Assembly (NCBI GenBank): GCA_030550585.1
Contig: JAUQPB010000004.1
Location: forward strand, 1 to 64,000
Origin: Thermoproteota archaeon
Lineage (GTDB): Archaea > Thermoproteota > Thermoprotei_A > Sulfolobales > Ignisphaeraceae
Direction: 5' to 3'
DNA length: 64,000 nt
Position numbers and translations under genes: made by a program. The notes beneath the pieces were generated by a model that had not been told where the DNA came from, ran no database searches, and saw only the letters and a list, made by a program, of their open reading frames with translations. Each line of letters begins with the position of its first letter. The first letter of the stretch is position 1. Of this stretch, positions 50,478-61,332 are shown piece by piece.

Positions 50478-51407
50478 CTATGTGGCTTCCCAGATATAGT
50501 CTACTACCTCTTCGTGTCTAGGGGTTTCGTGGGATCCCAGCCTAGTTATCTTCAGAGCAGCAACAGCGTTTGCATATAGAATAGCCTTTCTTGTTGAATA
50601 GCCCCTGACAAGCCCTGCTATGAGGCCTGCTGCAAACGCGTCTCCAGCACCTGTTGTGTCAACAACCTTGTCTACCCTTACAGCTGGAACCTCTTCGTCA
50701 ATGCCGTTTCCAAGTGCGTAGACACCCCTTGGCCCAAGCTTTACAACAACAAGCTCTGGCCCAAGACCTTTGATGATCTTTGCCGCTTCTCTGTAGTTGT
50801 CGGGGCTTGTACCTGTTAGAGCAGCGGCCTCGTGGTTGTTCAGCGAAACAATGTCAACTTGTTTCACAAGTGCTTCGAGCTCTTTTAGCCCTTTTCTCGA
50901 TAACACTCTTCCAGGATCCCAAGAAACCTTTACACCATTCTTTTTAGCTATCTCAATAGCTTTAAGAGATGTGTCAACTCTCAAGCTGGCTATGTGTATG
51001 TAGCGTGTGTTTGCAATAACATCGTCTACCACATCGCTTGGCTCAAGCTCTTCTGCAACACCTTTGAAGCCATACATTGTTATATTGCCATTCTTGTCTA
51101 TGACAACTATTGTGAATCCTGTCTGCCCCTTTGAGGCAACTCTCAGACCCGTTATATCAACACCTTCTCTGAGAAGCTCATCTACTATAATCCTCCCAAA
51201 ACTGTCAAAACCTATTTTAGCTACTACAGCTGTTTTTAGACCAAGTCTACAGCCATCTATAGCAACATTCACAGCCGAGCCTCCGCCACCCCAAACCTGG
51301 CTGAGGACAATAGACTCCTCATCTGGCCCTGGAAACCTTTCGACAACTATTCTAATGTCGACGAGGGCATGCCCAACAGTGACCAGGTCGTATCTTGGCT
51401 GCATCAC
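50478..51407 (-). CDS. PfkB family carbohydrate kinase
   Basis: GGSAVNVA, WDPG, DTTGAGDAF; follows fba. Confidence 0.9.
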   Translation of the reverse strand: MMQPRYDLVTVGHALVDIRIVVERFPGPDEESIVLSQVWGGGGSAVNVAIDGCRLGLKTAVVAKIGFDSFGRIIVDELLREGVDITGLRVASKGQTGFTIVVIDKNGNITMYGFKGVAEELEPSDVVDDVIANTRYIHIASLRVDTSLKAIEIAKKNGVKVSWDPGRVLSRKGLKELEALVKQVDIVSLNNHEAAALTGTSPDNYREAAKIIKGLGPELVVVKLGPRGVYALGNGIDEEVPAVRVDKVVDTTGAGDAFAAGLIAGLVRGYSTRKAILYANAVAALKITRLGSHETPRHEEVVDYIWEAT

Positions 51408-51416
51408 AAAGTCCTC

Positions 51417-52232
51417 TTACTCAACATATTTTATGGCTTCCTCCGGCTCTTTACCCTCGTGAACAATAGACATTATAGCTTTTATCATCCCAGCCGGGTT
51501 CTTGTGCTGGAAAACATTTCTCCCCACAACAACGCCTCTGGCCCCAGCTTCAACAACATTCTTAACATCTTTGAGAAACTCTATTGGCTTCTCCCTAGCG
51601 GGGCCACCACTCATGAGCACGGGTATACCTGCAGCAACCTTCACAACCTCTTCAAATGTTTCTTTCGATCCTGTATAGTAGGTTTTGATCAAGTCAGCGC
51701 CACTCTCAATAGCCGCTCTAACACCGTATTTAACAATCTCAACATCATACATATTCTTTATAGCTGGCCCCCTCGGATATGCCAACTGGAGACATGGCAG
51801 CCCATATCTCTCAGCAGCTTCTCTCACACTAAACCACATGTTCAGCATGGCATCCTCGTATTGGCTGCCCCAATAAACAGTTGCGGCAACAGCGTCTGCG
51901 CCAAGCGCCACAGCATCCTCTACATAGCCAAAGACGCTTTGGAGCATCCTCTGATCCTCTGGCCTCAGATTGGTTTTGCTGGTTACCTTGACAATTAGAG
52001 CTGTTTTATTTGCCCAAACCTCGTGGGTTAGATAAGCCATGCCAGGTAGGAGCATGACAGCATCAACACTAGCGTCAACAACCTTCTTGAGTATTACCCT
52101 AGGGTCTATGTGCTCAGGTGGGAAGTCCTTTGGACCGTGCTCAACACCATGATCAAATGCGAATACAACTGCTTTTCCATCTCTCAATATTCTTGAGAGC
52201 CTGACCCTCTTCCCAATGGCGTTGTAGGCCAA
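51417..52232 (-). CDS. fba: Archaeal class I fructose-bisphosphate aldolase (DhnA family)
   Basis: [33 protein letters not shown]. Confidence 0.92.
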   Translation of the reverse strand: MAYNAIGKRVRLSRILRDGKAVVFAFDHGVEHGPKDFPPEHIDPRVILKKVVDASVDAVMLLPGMAYLTHEVWANKTALIVKVTSKTNLRPEDQRMLQSVFGYVEDAVALGADAVAATVYWGSQYEDAMLNMWFSVREAAERYGLPCLQLAYPRGPAIKNMYDVEIVKYGVRAAIESGADLIKTYYTGSKETFEEVVKVAAGIPVLMSGGPAREKPIEFLKDVKNVVEAGARGVVVGRNVFQHKNPAGMIKAIMSIVHEGKEPEEAIKYVE

Positions 52233-52287
52233 GTAGAATCACCGACATACCTTCTGCACTAGTTGAAATATAAACTCATTTGCTTGG

Positions 52288-52974
52288 CTATATCTCCTTG
52301 TCTAAAACCCATGCAATACCCCCTAGAACATGCCTCTGGAACCACTCCTCCCTCCACCTCTTTGTCTGATGGCCAAAAGCCGTGTAGAAGACTTTTCCAC
52401 CTCCGTATCTGTGGCACCAGGCGATGGGATAGTCAGAAACTTCTTTGGGTGCCTTGCCCATGTCTACAGATGTTGTGTCTAGGCTTATGAGCACATGTGT
52501 CTTCTCTCTACCAAGCCAGTTCTTAAACAGGTATATCTCTTCGAAGGCTCTAAACGTCTTTGGAAGATGTTTTGTAGATGGATGCTCAGAGTCCTCGACA
52601 ATGAAAACGGCTTCTTGTGTCCATGGATGTGAGTGGAAATAGCCTCCAAGCATCTCGCCGTAGGGGGGATAGCTATAGAGGGTGTCAGCAGCGTTGTGAA
52701 TGCCTACAAACCCGCCCCCACCCCTGACAAAGTTTATCAGCAACTCTTTTTGCTTTTCTGAAAAGGGGATCTCCCCCGATGTGAGAAATAAAATAGCGCT
52801 GAAACCTGAAATCACATCCAGGTTGAACTCCTCTAGATCCTCTGTGGCATAGGCTCTGAAAAGCCTAGACTCTTCACCCAGCCTCGTTAAAACCTCTATG
52901 GCAGTTGATATATAGTTATGCCTATAACCGGCATTATATGCGAATATAAGGATTCTGCTCATTATAAACACCAA
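52288..52974 (-). CDS. ThuA-like domain protein
   Basis: GYRH, GGGFVGIHNAAD, GGYFHSHP, EEIY, GKVFYTAFGH. Confidence 0.88.
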   Translation of the reverse strand: MVFIMSRILIFAYNAGYRHNYISTAIEVLTRLGEESRLFRAYATEDLEEFNLDVISGFSAILFLTSGEIPFSEKQKELLINFVRGGGGFVGIHNAADTLYSYPPYGEMLGGYFHSHPWTQEAVFIVEDSEHPSTKHLPKTFRAFEEIYLFKNWLGREKTHVLISLDTTSVDMGKAPKEVSDYPIAWCHRYGGGKVFYTAFGHQTKRWREEWFQRHVLGGIAWVLDKEI

Positions 52975-53102
52975 AAGCAGTTCTACTATAATCGTTATAG
53001 CTACCCCTATATTTGTGCTTTTTTGTTTTCAGCGAATACTTTATGGCATATCATGGACATGGTCTGTAGATGCTATTGAATGATCTGATCAATTCTATAT
53101 CA

Positions 53103-54293
53103 TCAAATCATCAATAAGATTGTTGTTATGCTCAATGTAATTATTATTGTCAAAACAATTGATTGTATCAGATGTTTTATGTATACGCTACCCAAACTCG
53201 ATTTGAAGTATTTGGCTGAAAGCACGAAGCATGCATGCAAAGGTGATAACATAGCGCCTGTGAAGCCTCCGAGAAAGGCAAGTGTTATTCTATAGCCTTT
53301 CAATAGTGGAAGGATAGATGGGAAGGCAAGTGTTGCAAATGTGAATTCAAATCCCGTGGCAATAACCATTAGAAATGGTATTGCAAAAACAGCTATATCA
53401 GCGTATCGATATAGATGCTGAGCTAGTTGATTTGATAAACCGGATCTTTCTATTACATTGCTGAATATCAATGACTCTATTATGAGCATTGTTATCGTTG
53501 GATCAATTGAATACTTCAATCCATTCTTAATTGCGTATTTTGATGGCTTATGGATAGCAATAAATAATATGATTGTTGTTATTAGCGATAATGGAAGAGG
53601 CATCTTCATAACCATAACCAGCATCGCTATGACTATGAAGGGCCACAGATAGAGTAATCCACTATGACTCCTATGCTTTTCTCTCTTGATACAATTACCA
53701 CTAAATGTAAGCATAATAGGCATTGACTTTATTAATCCACTGGTTAAGGCTCCGACAAATATCGGCCAATTGTAATAGAGTATATCATTAAAGCTCATAT
53801 TAAGTATAGCCGAAGCTAGTATAACAACTTGGTAAAGCGGCCATACGGTTACCCAAACATGTCTAAACCAATAGTTGAGAAATGTTTTGTCTTCAGAGCC
53901 CAATTTGCAATTAGTGTATAGAGGATCTATAATGGTTGCTGAAATATAGGCGCCAGCAGGCATTGGAAGAAGACCTATGATTGCAGGAACAGAAAAAGCT
54001 GCTAATCTAGGGCTGAGAGACTCTAGAGAAGCAACCATTTTATTGCCTATGCCACTAGATCTAAATAAGTCGGCTAGAAACATTGCTAGTATAAGAGACA
54101 AAACTGTGTTTAGAAGAGTCAAATTGAAAGAATCTTTAATTATTTCTATTATTTCCAGACCCTGCAAAGGCAAGGAGTATACTAGTATGGCTAATCCAAT
54201 TGCTATAGCAATGTTGAATCCATATAGTATTAAGATAAAGGCTGACAATGTTGAGATTATAAATAATATTATTGTTAATGACATTAATGTCAC
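53103..54293 (-). CDS. DUF401 family membrane protein
   Basis: IGLLPMPAGA, NYWFRH, SPLHACF. Confidence 0.85.
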   Translation of the reverse strand: MTLMSLTIILFIISTLSAFILILYGFNIAIAIGLAILVYSLPLQGLEIIEIIKDSFNLTLLNTVLSLILAMFLADLFRSSGIGNKMVASLESLSPRLAAFSVPAIIGLLPMPAGAYISATIIDPLYTNCKLGSEDKTFLNYWFRHVWVTVWPLYQVVILASAILNMSFNDILYYNWPIFVGALTSGLIKSMPIMLTFSGNCIKREKHRSHSGLLYLWPFIVIAMLVMVMKMPLPLSLITTIILFIAIHKPSKYAIKNGLKYSIDPTITMLIIESLIFSNVIERSGLSNQLAQHLYRYADIAVFAIPFLMVIATGFEFTFATLAFPSILPLLKGYRITLAFLGGFTGAMLSPLHACFVLSAKYFKSSLGSVYIKHLIQSIVLTIIITLSITTILLMI

Positions 54294-54411
54294 GTGCTAA
54301 ATTCATCGTTTTATTATTTTAAATAGGAATGCAATGAAAATTTAAGCATTTATACAAGAAACGTATGATATAGTCTATTAACTATTAGCTATATTAATAG
54401 GTGAGGAAACT

Positions 54412-55443
54412 ATGCAATACACCCGTCTTGGATGGTCTGGTTTAAAAGTTTCCAGATTTTGCTTAGGAACGATGTCATTTGGTGATCCCAAGCTTCAGAC
54501 TCATGGTGGTGGATGGGTTGTTGGAAAGGAGGAGGCTTTCAAGGTTTTGAAGAAGGCCTGGGATCTCGGAATAAACTTCTTTGACACAGCTAACGTGTAT
54601 TCAAGAGGTAAGTCAGAGGAAATATTGGGCGAATTTGCGCAGGGACTTGATAGAGAGGAGGTAGTTATAGCCACAAAGGTTTACTTTCAGATAGGTTCAG
54701 GCATCAATGATTGGGGGTTGTCTAGAAAACATATTATGAGAGCTGTTAAAGAATCTTTACAGAGACTTAAAACAGATTATATAGATTTGTATCAGATTCA
54801 TAGATGGGATGATACAACACCTATCGAAGAAACACTTTCAGCACTAACTGACTTAGTTAGACAAGGTCTTGTGAGATACATTGGAGCTTCTAGTATGTGG
54901 GGATGGCAATTCGCTAAAATGTATTTTGTGGCTGAGTTTAAGGGATATGAGAAACCTGTTAGTATTCAAACGCCATATAATTTGCTTTATAGAGAAGAGG
55001 AAAGGGAGATAATACCATTTTGCAAAGCTCATAATATAGCATATATGGCATACTCACCAACTGCTGTAGGAGTGCTATCTGGTAAATACTTTAAGGATGG
55101 AAAAATAGTTGTACCGCCAGATGCTCCAGAACGGCTTAGACCAGGTGTTGGCTATTGGTATAAGATCTATGTAGAGCCGCCAGAAAATGCTGAAATACTC
55201 AAAAAAGTTATAGAGATAGCAAAAAATAAAGGTGCCACACCAACACAAATAGCATTGGCATGGCTTTTACACAAAGATGTCATCCCAATAATAGCAACCT
55301 CTAAAGTAGAGCACCTAGAAGAAGATGTTGAAGCTTTAAATATAAAGCTTAAAGAAGATGAGATAAGATATCTTGAAGAACCTTACAAACCAAAGCCTGT
55401 ACTCCATATTACGAAGGTTCAAATACCGCCAGAATTACTATAG
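54412..55443 (+). CDS. Aldo/keto reductase
   Basis: LGWSGLKVSRFCLGTM, FDTANVYS, ATKV, IDLYQIHRWD, YIGASS. Confidence 0.93.
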   Translation: MQYTRLGWSGLKVSRFCLGTMSFGDPKLQTHGGGWVVGKEEAFKVLKKAWDLGINFFDTANVYSRGKSEEILGEFAQGLDREEVVIATKVYFQIGSGINDWGLSRKHIMRAVKESLQRLKTDYIDLYQIHRWDDTTPIEETLSALTDLVRQGLVRYIGASSMWGWQFAKMYFVAEFKGYEKPVSIQTPYNLLYREEEREIIPFCKAHNIAYMAYSPTAVGVLSGKYFKDGKIVVPPDAPERLRPGVGYWYKIYVEPPENAEILKKVIEIAKNKGATPTQIALAWLLHKDVIPIIATSKVEHLEEDVEALNIKLKEDEIRYLEEPYKPKPVLHITKVQIPPELL

Positions 55444-55687
55444 GTGTAATATCGCATAAACTCTTGATTCATAATTTTAATCTCATTTTTTATTTTTACT
55501 TCACGAGTTATGGAATGTTCTTAAATTCAAAACGATATAGTGCAAACCATAATATTAATGATTTTGAGAAGAGGCTATAGCAATATATAAAAATTTAGCT
55601 CTAGGTTTTGTAACATAAAGTCTTTAATATAGCTCAAGGTTGCGAAACGATTCCTATTAAAACCACTGGTTGTGGTGATATATATAT

Positions 55688-57073
55688 ATGGATGGTAGTG
55701 AGAGGCTTGGCATCTACAGAGATAGAATCCTGAACGGCCCTGTAACAAAGATGCTTATATTGCTTGGCGCACCTCTTATCGTTGTTCAACTAGTCAATAT
55801 ATCTTATAATCTAGCAGATGCCTATTGGCTTTCCCAGTACTCTCCTATTCTTGTAAGCATCCCTAGGCAGATTTGGCCAACTTTCTTTCTTTTTCAGGCT
55901 CTTGCAATGGCTTTGAGTGCTGCAAACCAGACATTGATTTCGCAGTATATTGGCGCTAAAATGTTTGAAGAAGCCGCTAGAATTTCTAGGCAGTATATCA
56001 CAGTTTCGGCTGCTTTAGGGAGTTTCTTTGGGTTTTCATATTATTTGCTTAGACCTTTGATATTTGGTTCTATAACTTCTGTACCCCCAGAAATCTACAA
56101 TGATGTTTTAACCTATTCTGGAATAATATCACTAGATCTTGCGGCAAGCTATTTCGGTATATGCTTTTCAACAATTCTTCAAAGTATTGGAGATACAAAG
56201 ACACCTTCTATAGTAAACGGCGTTTCAGCTACTATAAATATTGTTTTAGATCCTTTAATGATTATGGGAATAGGCCCTTTTCCTCAGATGGGTGTGGCTG
56301 GAGCTGCTATAGCAACTGTTATATCTCGTGCAACTGGAAGTGCACTACTAGTCTATGTAACGATAAAGAGGTTGCCAGCTATAAAAAATATGTTTACAAA
56401 GAATATAGAGCCTTCATGGATAGAATCGATAACTCGTGTTGGAGGACCAATACTTCTGATGAACATCCTAAACTCACTTGCATTTACATTTCAGCTTAGA
56501 CTCGTTAACATGTTTGGCGTTGTCTCGGCAACTGCTTGGGGAATCGGGTTTACAGTTATAGATGTTGCCGATGCAACTTTGTTCGGATTAACACAGGCAA
56601 CAGCTATTACAGTTGGTCAGTGTCTTGGTGCTCAGCAAATTGGGAAGGCCAAGCAGTATGCAAACAAATCCAATGTTTTGGTCGGTTTAAGTGTCGGTTT
56701 GGGAGCGTTAATCGCATATCTAATTAAGAGAAACATAATATCCTTGTTTCTATCAAATAACGATCCGCTAGCAGACGATATATTCCTTGAAACAGAAAAC
56801 TTCTTAAACTATGCTATTCTAACCCTGCCATTCTTTGGCTTGTTCTTCGTCGGAATGTCTGTTGGGAGAGGCTCTGGACACACAGTATACCCAACTATAA
56901 TCGGTATTGTAAGGCTATGGGTAATAAGAATAGGTTTTGGATACATCTTGTCGCTGTCACTAGGATCGACAGGAATATGGATTGCATTTGCATTGAGCAA
57001 CATATTCTCAGGCATAGCCTCTTTACTATGGGTTCTTAAGGGGTCTTGGGCAAAGCCTATCATAAAAACATAG
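55688..57073 (+). CDS. MATE family efflux transporter
   Basis: YNLADAYW, SQYIGA, GDTKTP, NIVLDPL, MGVAGAAIAT, GQCLGA. Confidence 0.93.
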   Translation: MDGSERLGIYRDRILNGPVTKMLILLGAPLIVVQLVNISYNLADAYWLSQYSPILVSIPRQIWPTFFLFQALAMALSAANQTLISQYIGAKMFEEAARISRQYITVSAALGSFFGFSYYLLRPLIFGSITSVPPEIYNDVLTYSGIISLDLAASYFGICFSTILQSIGDTKTPSIVNGVSATINIVLDPLMIMGIGPFPQMGVAGAAIATVISRATGSALLVYVTIKRLPAIKNMFTKNIEPSWIESITRVGGPILLMNILNSLAFTFQLRLVNMFGVVSATAWGIGFTVIDVADATLFGLTQATAITVGQCLGAQQIGKAKQYANKSNVLVGLSVGLGALIAYLIKRNIISLFLSNNDPLADDIFLETENFLNYAILTLPFFGLFFVGMSVGRGSGHTVYPTIIGIVRLWVIRIGFGYILSLSLGSTGIWIAFALSNIFSGIASLLWVLKGSWAKPIIKT

Positions 57074-57074
57074 C

Positions 57075-57629
57075 TCAATACTCAACCTTATTGGTGTCAA
57101 GCCAGTAAACAGTGAAAATACCCGCATAATTCTGCTTAAAGAATGTGTACATGTTATGACAATGAGGGCACGTGGTCAAACCGAACATTATAATGTGCGG
57201 ACCGCTTCCACTTACAATACTCTTCAGCAATTCGTTTAACCTACTTTCATTTATATTCACATAACCTATTACAGTCTGTCCAGTATAAACAGGTATCTGT
57301 ACCACTCCAGCGCTCTTCTTGGCTTGTAAAGACAATATAGAGTCCCAGAAGGTTTTGTTCACTATTTCACCTATTTCAATTGCTGTTACAGTATTGTTGT
57401 TCACTATAACGATATGTGGAACTACATAGACAAGGCTTTCTTGTATGTTGCTTGACAGTTCTGCTTCTACCAAAGCTTGCCAGAAAGCTTTGTATGCGTT
57501 GTTAGTTGTGTTAGCTGTGTTATGAAGAGAGAGAAGAATCCATATGACTGCGATAACAGCTATTATTGCTATCAAGGATATGATTAATGGTCTAGCCTTG
57601 CTTTTCTTTCTAATCCTAGCTTTTTTCAT
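57075..57629 (-). CDS. Membrane-anchored protein ending in a partial glutaredoxin/thioredoxin fold
   Basis: MKKARIRKK plus TM; MFGLTTCPHC about 25 aa before the stop. Confidence 0.6.
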   Translation of the reverse strand: MKKARIRKKSKARPLIISLIAIIAVIAVIWILLSLHNTANTTNNAYKAFWQALVEAELSSNIQESLVYVVPHIVIVNNNTVTAIEIGEIVNKTFWDSILSLQAKKSAGVVQIPVYTGQTVIGYVNINESRLNELLKSIVSGSGPHIIMFGLTTCPHCHNMYTFFKQNYAGIFTVYWLDTNKVEY

Positions 57630-57747
57630 TGGTTTTGACCCTGGATAGGTTTCACATCTCCAGATAATAACATTATGTGTTCGTGTGTCACATTGCAATA
57701 GCTTAATATTTTGTGGTAGAGTTTCGTGCTGTAGGGTTGGAAGATAT

Positions 57748-58536
57748 ATGATGAGAGCAGATCTCAGAAATCTTAAAGATGTTAGGAACATTGTTGCAGT
57801 TATGAGTGGGAAGGGTGGTGTTGGAAAGTCGTTTGTATCAGCGGCATTGGCAATAGCTTTTAGAGAGCTTGGCTATAGCGTTGCTATACTCGATGCGGAT
57901 ATACATGGGCCTAGCATTCCCTGGATGCTAGGTGTCGAGTCAGGGTCTATGGGAGCCTCAATAGATGGGAGCATAGTACCTTTAGATGTAGACGGTATTG
58001 CAGTGGCTTCATTCGAGCTTTTGCTACCGTCGAGAGAGAGCCCCATTGTTTGGAGGGGCCCTTTAAAGACTAGGGCTATACTCGAGCTTGTATCTAAAAC
58101 TAGTTGGGGCTACAGAGACTTTATGGTTGTTGACATGCCTCCTGGGACGGGAGACGAGCATTTGACAATAGCCCAGTTCCTCAAACCCTTTGTCAAGGGA
58201 GCTGTCCTAGTTCTGACGCCAGGTGACCTAGTTCTCCATGTTGTTAGAAAGGCTAGGGAGTTCCTGAAGGGGGTTGGCATAGATCTTTTAGGGGCTATAG
58301 TAAACATGGCCTACTTTAGATGCCCGGTTTGCGGAACCATCCACAAAATATTTGGCGAATACAGTGCAGAGGACATTCAAATACTTGCTGAGATACCGAT
58401 AAAACCGGAGCTGGCACAAGCTATAAACAGGGGGGAGATAATCAAATATTTGAAGAGCTTTGATAGAGAATTGCTCGAAACATTTATTGAGGTTGCAAAA
58501 AAGATTGCAAGTAAGGTTGCTCCCTCAACCACATAG
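57748..58536 (+). CDS. Mrp/NBP35 Fe-S carrier ATPase
   Basis: SGKGGVGKS, DADIHGP, VWRGP, DMPPGTGD, CPVCG. Confidence 0.92.
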   Translation: MMRADLRNLKDVRNIVAVMSGKGGVGKSFVSAALAIAFRELGYSVAILDADIHGPSIPWMLGVESGSMGASIDGSIVPLDVDGIAVASFELLLPSRESPIVWRGPLKTRAILELVSKTSWGYRDFMVVDMPPGTGDEHLTIAQFLKPFVKGAVLVLTPGDLVLHVVRKAREFLKGVGIDLLGAIVNMAYFRCPVCGTIHKIFGEYSAEDIQILAEIPIKPELAQAINRGEIIKYLKSFDRELLETFIEVAKKIASKVAPSTT

Positions 58537-58570
58537 CAAATTTTCCAATACCATCCATTTTTAAACAATG

Positions 58571-59230
58571 CTATGCAGATTCCTCGAATTCCTTATATAT
58601 ATCTGCAAACCTTCTTATTAGCGGGGACTGCCTGATTATATCCATGGCGCTCCTCGGCTTCTTTGCAAAGAGTATCTCATAGATGTTTTGGTGCCTGTAC
58701 AGTGTAGCTGCAATACATTTTGTTAGGGTAAGTACCGATGTTGGTGATAGTGGATCTGAGGCAAAGGTCTCTAGACAGTCTTTGAAGTATGGATTTTCGA
58801 AGATGGCTATCTTGGCCATTGTGACCACATTGATTCTGAGAATAACTCTATCGCTGTATGCACCCTCGAGATATATCCTCAAAACATGGCTTCTAGGAGT
58901 AATACCGCAGTTGACAAGATCGCAGTCAAGCACATCAACATATGTATTCGTGTTTTCAATTCTATACGCCTCCTCAATACCGTGATAGAGAAACAGTTTG
59001 AAAGAACCGAACTTGCTACGGTAGATCTCAACACCGTTATACCTGTTTATAATATTCTCTATAGCCCTCCAAAAACTTGTCTTTGCAGAATAGTTGTGCA
59101 GCCCATAGCTATCCAACATACCCGATGTCAGGCATGGAGGGTCTAAACAGCGAAGATTATACTTAACACAGTTAATTGTCTGGTCATAAACACCTCTAGC
59201 CACTATCTTCACAATATCCACTATCTTCAC
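58571..59230 (-). CDS. Hypothetical protein
   Basis: 219-aa ORF with several Cys; no motif recognised. Confidence 0.65.
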   Translation of the reverse strand: MKIVDIVKIVARGVYDQTINCVKYNLRCLDPPCLTSGMLDSYGLHNYSAKTSFWRAIENIINRYNGVEIYRSKFGSFKLFLYHGIEEAYRIENTNTYVDVLDCDLVNCGITPRSHVLRIYLEGAYSDRVILRINVVTMAKIAIFENPYFKDCLETFASDPLSPTSVLTLTKCIAATLYRHQNIYEILFAKKPRSAMDIIRQSPLIRRFADIYKEFEESA

Positions 59231-59544
59231 TTTTCAAACCCAGTAAAATTTCTCTTGAAGCAGTTTTATAAACTTCTATGGAATGCTCTCCAAAGCTCTA
59301 GTAATACAGTTATTGGAAACACAAATTCATTTTAATTTGAAAACCATTTAGTAGCTTAAAAATGTTAGAATGTGGTTAGACTATGTGGTCTCACTTAAAG
59401 TGCCAGTTAAAGTTTTTTGTTTAGACCAAAGCGACACTGGTTTGGTGATCGAATAGACAAAGCATGTTTAGCATCGCCTCTGAGGTATATGGTGGCGGAA
59501 TAAGGACGATGCTATATATGGTGAAGCATATCAACATAGTTAAA

Positions 59545-60657
59545 TCAAGCTATTTGCTCTTTCTCCTCAACAAGCTTTTCATGCAGAATTGTTGTCAATG
59601 CTATTAGAGCTGATGAGAGTGCATACTCTGTTGAGATCACTATGCCGGGCGCCACATCTAGTACAAAGTTTGCGTATCTGAAGAGGCTTGTTGGAACACC
59701 CTCTCTAGCGCCAATCATGATATTGATTCTTTTCCCTTTTTTCAGCGAGCTCATTACAAATTCTGCAACCTCGTTTGACACCCTTGAAATAGGCTCTCCC
59801 TCTGGCTCGAATATTATTAGCGGTTCGCCTATTCTCGACCTAACGAACTGGTACATGTCTTGGACCATGACCTTGGTTTTCACAACCTCTCTTCCATAGC
59901 TCTTTCTCTGTATCTCATATCTCGATTCTATCCCTTCGAACAGCCCCCTCAAAAAGTTGTATAGGCTGTAGGCATCGACAGGGCCTATTGGTGCTACAAC
60001 AAGTTCTCCAACCTCGTAGGTCTGCACCTCCCTACCTATTCTAGTCCCAAATGTGTATGCTGCATCGGCGGGGCCTAGATATGGCTCGTGAGCAACAACA
60101 AGCTTGTTGAATATTCTGTGCATGGGGTATTTATAGGGCTTCATCTTCTTGTAGAACTCGCTGCCCGGAACAATGCTTATATATGCATAGTCCTTGATTA
60201 TCTGAATCACAATAACCTTATCAGGGTTCTCCAGATCCACCCTGGCATTGGTCATCTCCTTTACAGTTGCCCCGACAGCCACATTGACATCTATGCTTGT
60301 GAAGCTGTGTGTGCCCCTTCTAGTTGTTCTAACAGCAAAGCTGTCGCTAGGGGATATGAGGTTCTTCACAACGCTTTTCACAGCATCTACAATGCTATTG
60401 ACATCGGCTTTCGAACATGTTAAAACGGTATAGATTTTCTCTGCTTCTGGAACCCTTCTTCTAATCTCTTCTGCAAAAACGCTCTTGTCCCTAACGCCAT
60501 AGACGATGACGAGACCCATGAAATTGTCGGGGGCTGGAACAGCCTTTGCATTGGGATCCAGCTCCGCTATGTATGAGGCTACTACCCTCTCCATGCCAAG
60601 CCTACAAGTAACTATTATGTCTACACAGCCCTCGTAATCAAATCGCATTTTAGCCAA
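59545..60657 (-). CDS. THUMP-domain SPOUT-family RNA methyltransferase
   Basis: THUMP (FAVRTTRRGTHSFTSIDVN..VDLENPD) plus SPOUT knot (IGAREGVP..LDVAPG..STE). Confidence 0.85.
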   Translation of the reverse strand: MAKMRFDYEGCVDIIVTCRLGMERVVASYIAELDPNAKAVPAPDNFMGLVIVYGVRDKSVFAEEIRRRVPEAEKIYTVLTCSKADVNSIVDAVKSVVKNLISPSDSFAVRTTRRGTHSFTSIDVNVAVGATVKEMTNARVDLENPDKVIVIQIIKDYAYISIVPGSEFYKKMKPYKYPMHRIFNKLVVAHEPYLGPADAAYTFGTRIGREVQTYEVGELVVAPIGPVDAYSLYNFLRGLFEGIESRYEIQRKSYGREVVKTKVMVQDMYQFVRSRIGEPLIIFEPEGEPISRVSNEVAEFVMSSLKKGKRINIMIGAREGVPTSLFRYANFVLDVAPGIVISTEYALSSALIALTTILHEKLVEEKEQIA

Positions 60658-60755
60658 CCCAAGCAGACAACGCTGTATACCGGTTTAATGCTTCTACTAC
60701 TAAAAGATTTAAAAATGTGGAGAACACACAGTACTACTGGGTAGGGGGTCTGTAT

Positions 60756-61247
60756 ATGGTTATAACAATCAGGAGGCTTATCCAAATTATCGCCTCATTT
60801 AAAGATAGGGAGTTCTCCCTTGAAGACCTCATCTCTAGAGGTAACATATCTCCCAATACTGCAAAGAGGTATGTAAGAGAGATGCTGAGGCAGGGCCTGA
60901 TTAGAGAGGTCGGATATAACAAGTATGTGGTTTCTGACAAAGCAACAATATATATGGAGGCTTTTGACACAGCCAAAAAGTTTGTTGAGGAAAGACTTGC
61001 ATATATATTCACAGACGAGAAGGATTCCCCGCTACCACTGAAAATAGATAGCATTGAAAAACTGTATATAGCGATAAAACATGGTTTTATACCAGAAAAG
61101 GATGTTATGAGACATATAGAGAAGGGCTATCTACCAAAATGGCTTTCTGAAACGCTAGGCGCTAAAATGCTTGCCCAAAAGCTTCAGCAATGTAAAAGTG
61201 TGGGCGAGGTTATAAAGATATTGGAAGAGTATATGAAATTAGCTTAG
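60756..61247 (+). CDS. Winged-HTH protein with C-terminal DUF5752-like domain
   Basis: ISPNTAKRYVREMLRQGLI wHTH; ..SIEKL..RHIEKGYLPKWLSETLG..LA. Confidence 0.65.
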   Translation: MVITIRRLIQIIASFKDREFSLEDLISRGNISPNTAKRYVREMLRQGLIREVGYNKYVVSDKATIYMEAFDTAKKFVEERLAYIFTDEKDSPLPLKIDSIEKLYIAIKHGFIPEKDVMRHIEKGYLPKWLSETLGAKMLAQKLQQCKSVGEVIKILEEYMKLA

Positions 61248-61332
61248 ATTTGCCCAAAGCTTCTACGACAATATCTTTGCAATTTATTTAGCGATACAGT
61301 ACCGTGTGTTTGACCATCCTCTATTTTGTTTG

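Noticed and set aside
57748-57810. ATGATGA..CAGA at the mrp start as a C/D sRNA
   Set aside because: No C'/D boxes; explained as Met-Met-Arg codons.
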